Assembly: GCF_000025125.1 (NCBI RefSeq)
Contig: NC_013771.1
Location: 390,001 to 422,000, forward strand
Length of the DNA stretch: 32,000 nucleotides
Source of the DNA: Candidatus Atelocyanobacterium thalassa isolate ALOHA
GTDB taxonomy: Bacteria > Cyanobacteriota > Cyanobacteriia > Cyanobacteriales > Microcystaceae
Reading direction: 5' to 3'
Shown one piece after another: positions 30,948 to 32,000 of this stretch (position 1 is its first letter; each line of letters begins with the position of its first letter). Under the pieces are notes generated by a model. It was not told the origin of the DNA and did no database searches. It was given only the letters and a program-made list of their open reading frames with translations. The position numbers were made by a program, and so were the translations under genes.

Positions 30948-31682
30948 ATGACTGTTAACAACCAATTGACTTCTATTAAAGTATTGCAAGTTTTAACAAA
31001 AAACAAATTAATTCCTTCAATTTTTCAAAAAATTCATTTTAAATCTAGATCACAAAATATATTAAGCAATCAATTTATAAAGAGAGCTTTTGATGTATTG
31101 TTTTCTTTATCTGTATTGATTGTCTTTTTGCCTCTCTATTTGTTATTAAGTTTTTTGATAGCAATTAGTTCTCCTGGCCCTATTTTTTATTTTCAAGAAA
31201 GAGCTGGAAAGAATTTTAAGAAATTTAAATGCATTAAGTTTAGAACCATGGTTCAGAATGCAGATGAAGTATTAGAATCAATAATGGCAAGTTCTCCACA
31301 AATCAAAGCTGAATTTGAAAATAATTTTAAGTTAAGAGAAGATCCTCGAATTACTTGGATTGGGAAATTTCTTCGTTTAACTAGTCTGGATGAATTTCCT
31401 CAGTTTTGGAATGTTCTAAAAGGAGATATGAGTGTTGTTGGGCCTAGGCCTTTAGTTACTGAAGAGCTTTGTAAATACGGAGATAAGATAGGCAAGGTTT
31501 TAACTATTCGTCCGGGTATTACTGGTTTGTGGCAAGTTTCAGGGCGTAATGATATCCCTTATCCTCAAAGAGTACAAATTGATGTTTATTATGTGAATTA
31601 TTATAATTGGATGATAGATATATGGATAATCTTTAAAACTATTGGAATAATTATTTTTCCGAAGAATAATGGTGCTTACTAA
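30948..31682 (+). CDS. Small (monotopic) phosphoglycosyl transferase of the bacterial sugar transferase family (PF02397; WbaP C-terminal domain/PglC-like)
   Basis: 244 aa. KRAFDVLFSL plus a re-entrant helix, SPGPIFYFQERAGKNFKKFKCIKFRTM, DEFPQFWNVLKGDMSVVGPRP and GITGLWQVSGRND. A strong AAGGAG lies 5 nt upstream of the ATG. Confidence 0.88.
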   Translation: MTVNNQLTSIKVLQVLTKNKLIPSIFQKIHFKSRSQNILSNQFIKRAFDVLFSLSVLIVFLPLYLLLSFLIAISSPGPIFYFQERAGKNFKKFKCIKFRTMVQNADEVLESIMASSPQIKAEFENNFKLREDPRITWIGKFLRLTSLDEFPQFWNVLKGDMSVVGPRPLVTEELCKYGDKIGKVLTIRPGITGLWQVSGRNDIPYPQRVQIDVYYVNYYNWMIDIWIIFKTIGIIIFPKNNGAY

Positions 31683-31700
31683 ATTAAAGATTAATTATAT

Positions 31701-31740
31701 AAAAACTACCATAATTAAGAGTTAAATTATGGTAGTTTTT
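31701..31740. terminator. Bidirectional rho-independent terminator between convergent genes
   Basis: aaaaactaccataatt (31701-31716) is the exact reverse complement of aattatggtagttttt (31725-31740), with the 8-nt loop aagagtta. The A5 and T5 flanks are part of the arms, so it reads as a stem plus U tract on both strands. Confidence 0.8.
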
Positions 31741-31794
31741 ATTTACTATGGATTAAAAAATTATTACTGATTTGTAAGATATTTCTTAATGTCG

Positions 31795-31989
31795 TTATGC
31801 AATATCGCAAGTTAAAGGACAAGATGCATAAACAGAAGTATTTATATGAGTTCCTTTACCATTTAACCATCTTAGCCAATGTACTTCTTGAGGATGTATA
31901 CCTTTAATTGTTAATATGGCTGCACTTGTGAAAATTATTAGTAAATTAAGACTAAGTAGAGTTCCTACAACTAATAATACAGAACTCAT
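31795..31989 (-). CDS. Hypothetical small membrane protein (may be the C-terminal end of a longer ORF running off the window)
   Basis: 64-aa ORF with one clear hydrophobic helix (SSVLLVVGTLLSLNLLIIFTSAAILTI). The frame stays open through the remaining 11 nt to the window edge. I recognise no family, and the upstream terminator placement is consistent with a real gene. Confidence 0.35.
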   Translation of the reverse strand: MSSVLLVVGTLLSLNLLIIFTSAAILTIKGIHPQEVHWLRWLNGKGTHINTSVYASCPLTCDIA

Positions 31990-32000
31990 GGGTAAAAATG

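Noticed and set aside
1-32000. Mobile elements, prophage, genomic island, or HIP1 (GCGATCGC) repeats
   Set aside because: No transposase, integrase or phage-like ORFs, no flanking direct repeats at the tRNA, and no compositional discontinuity. I spotted no GCGATCGC octamers by eye, though that was a visual scan and not an exhaustive search.

Overview
This is an AT-rich chromosomal segment (roughly 30% G+C by eye, not computed) made almost entirely of conserved cyanobacterial housekeeping genes. In order they are: a FetB-like ABC permease (5' end outside the window), a membrane GT2 glycosyltransferase, the minus-strand block cobO-rplS-tRNA-Trp(CCA), glmS, RNase III, ferredoxin-dependent glutamate synthase, Mg-chelatase subunit H, and pgi. 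These are followed by a minus-strand block of MFS transporter, nagB-like deaminase, bamA/omp85 and lpxC. The rest are exoD, ddl, the C-terminal half of a split-intein dnaE, a THUMP-type RNA methyltransferase, a GT4 glycosyltransferase with a small phosphoglycosyl transferase, and a small membrane ORF at the right edge. Gaps between called features sum to about 4.9 kb (about 15% of the window). I see no transposase, integrase, phage, CRISPR, toxin-antitoxin or recognisable defence genes, and no convincing novel multi-gene system, so this reads as ordinary core genome. The items most worth a second look are:
- the trans-splicing DnaE Int-C half-gene;
- a G+C-enriched 66-nt imperfect hairpin, plus a terminator-like hairpin with no gene to terminate, in the 496-bp spacer upstream of bamA;
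- a perfect 19+19 nt palindrome overlapping the pgi stop codon;
- a 23-bp tandem duplication between glmS and rnc;
- a roughly 20-nt motif shared by two intergenic sites;
- bamA-lpxC lacking the usual downstream fabZ-lpxA-lpxB.
Gene content plus base composition suggests a reduced-genome unicellular cyanobacterium such as the UCYN-A lineage. That is an inference and needs a database search to confirm.
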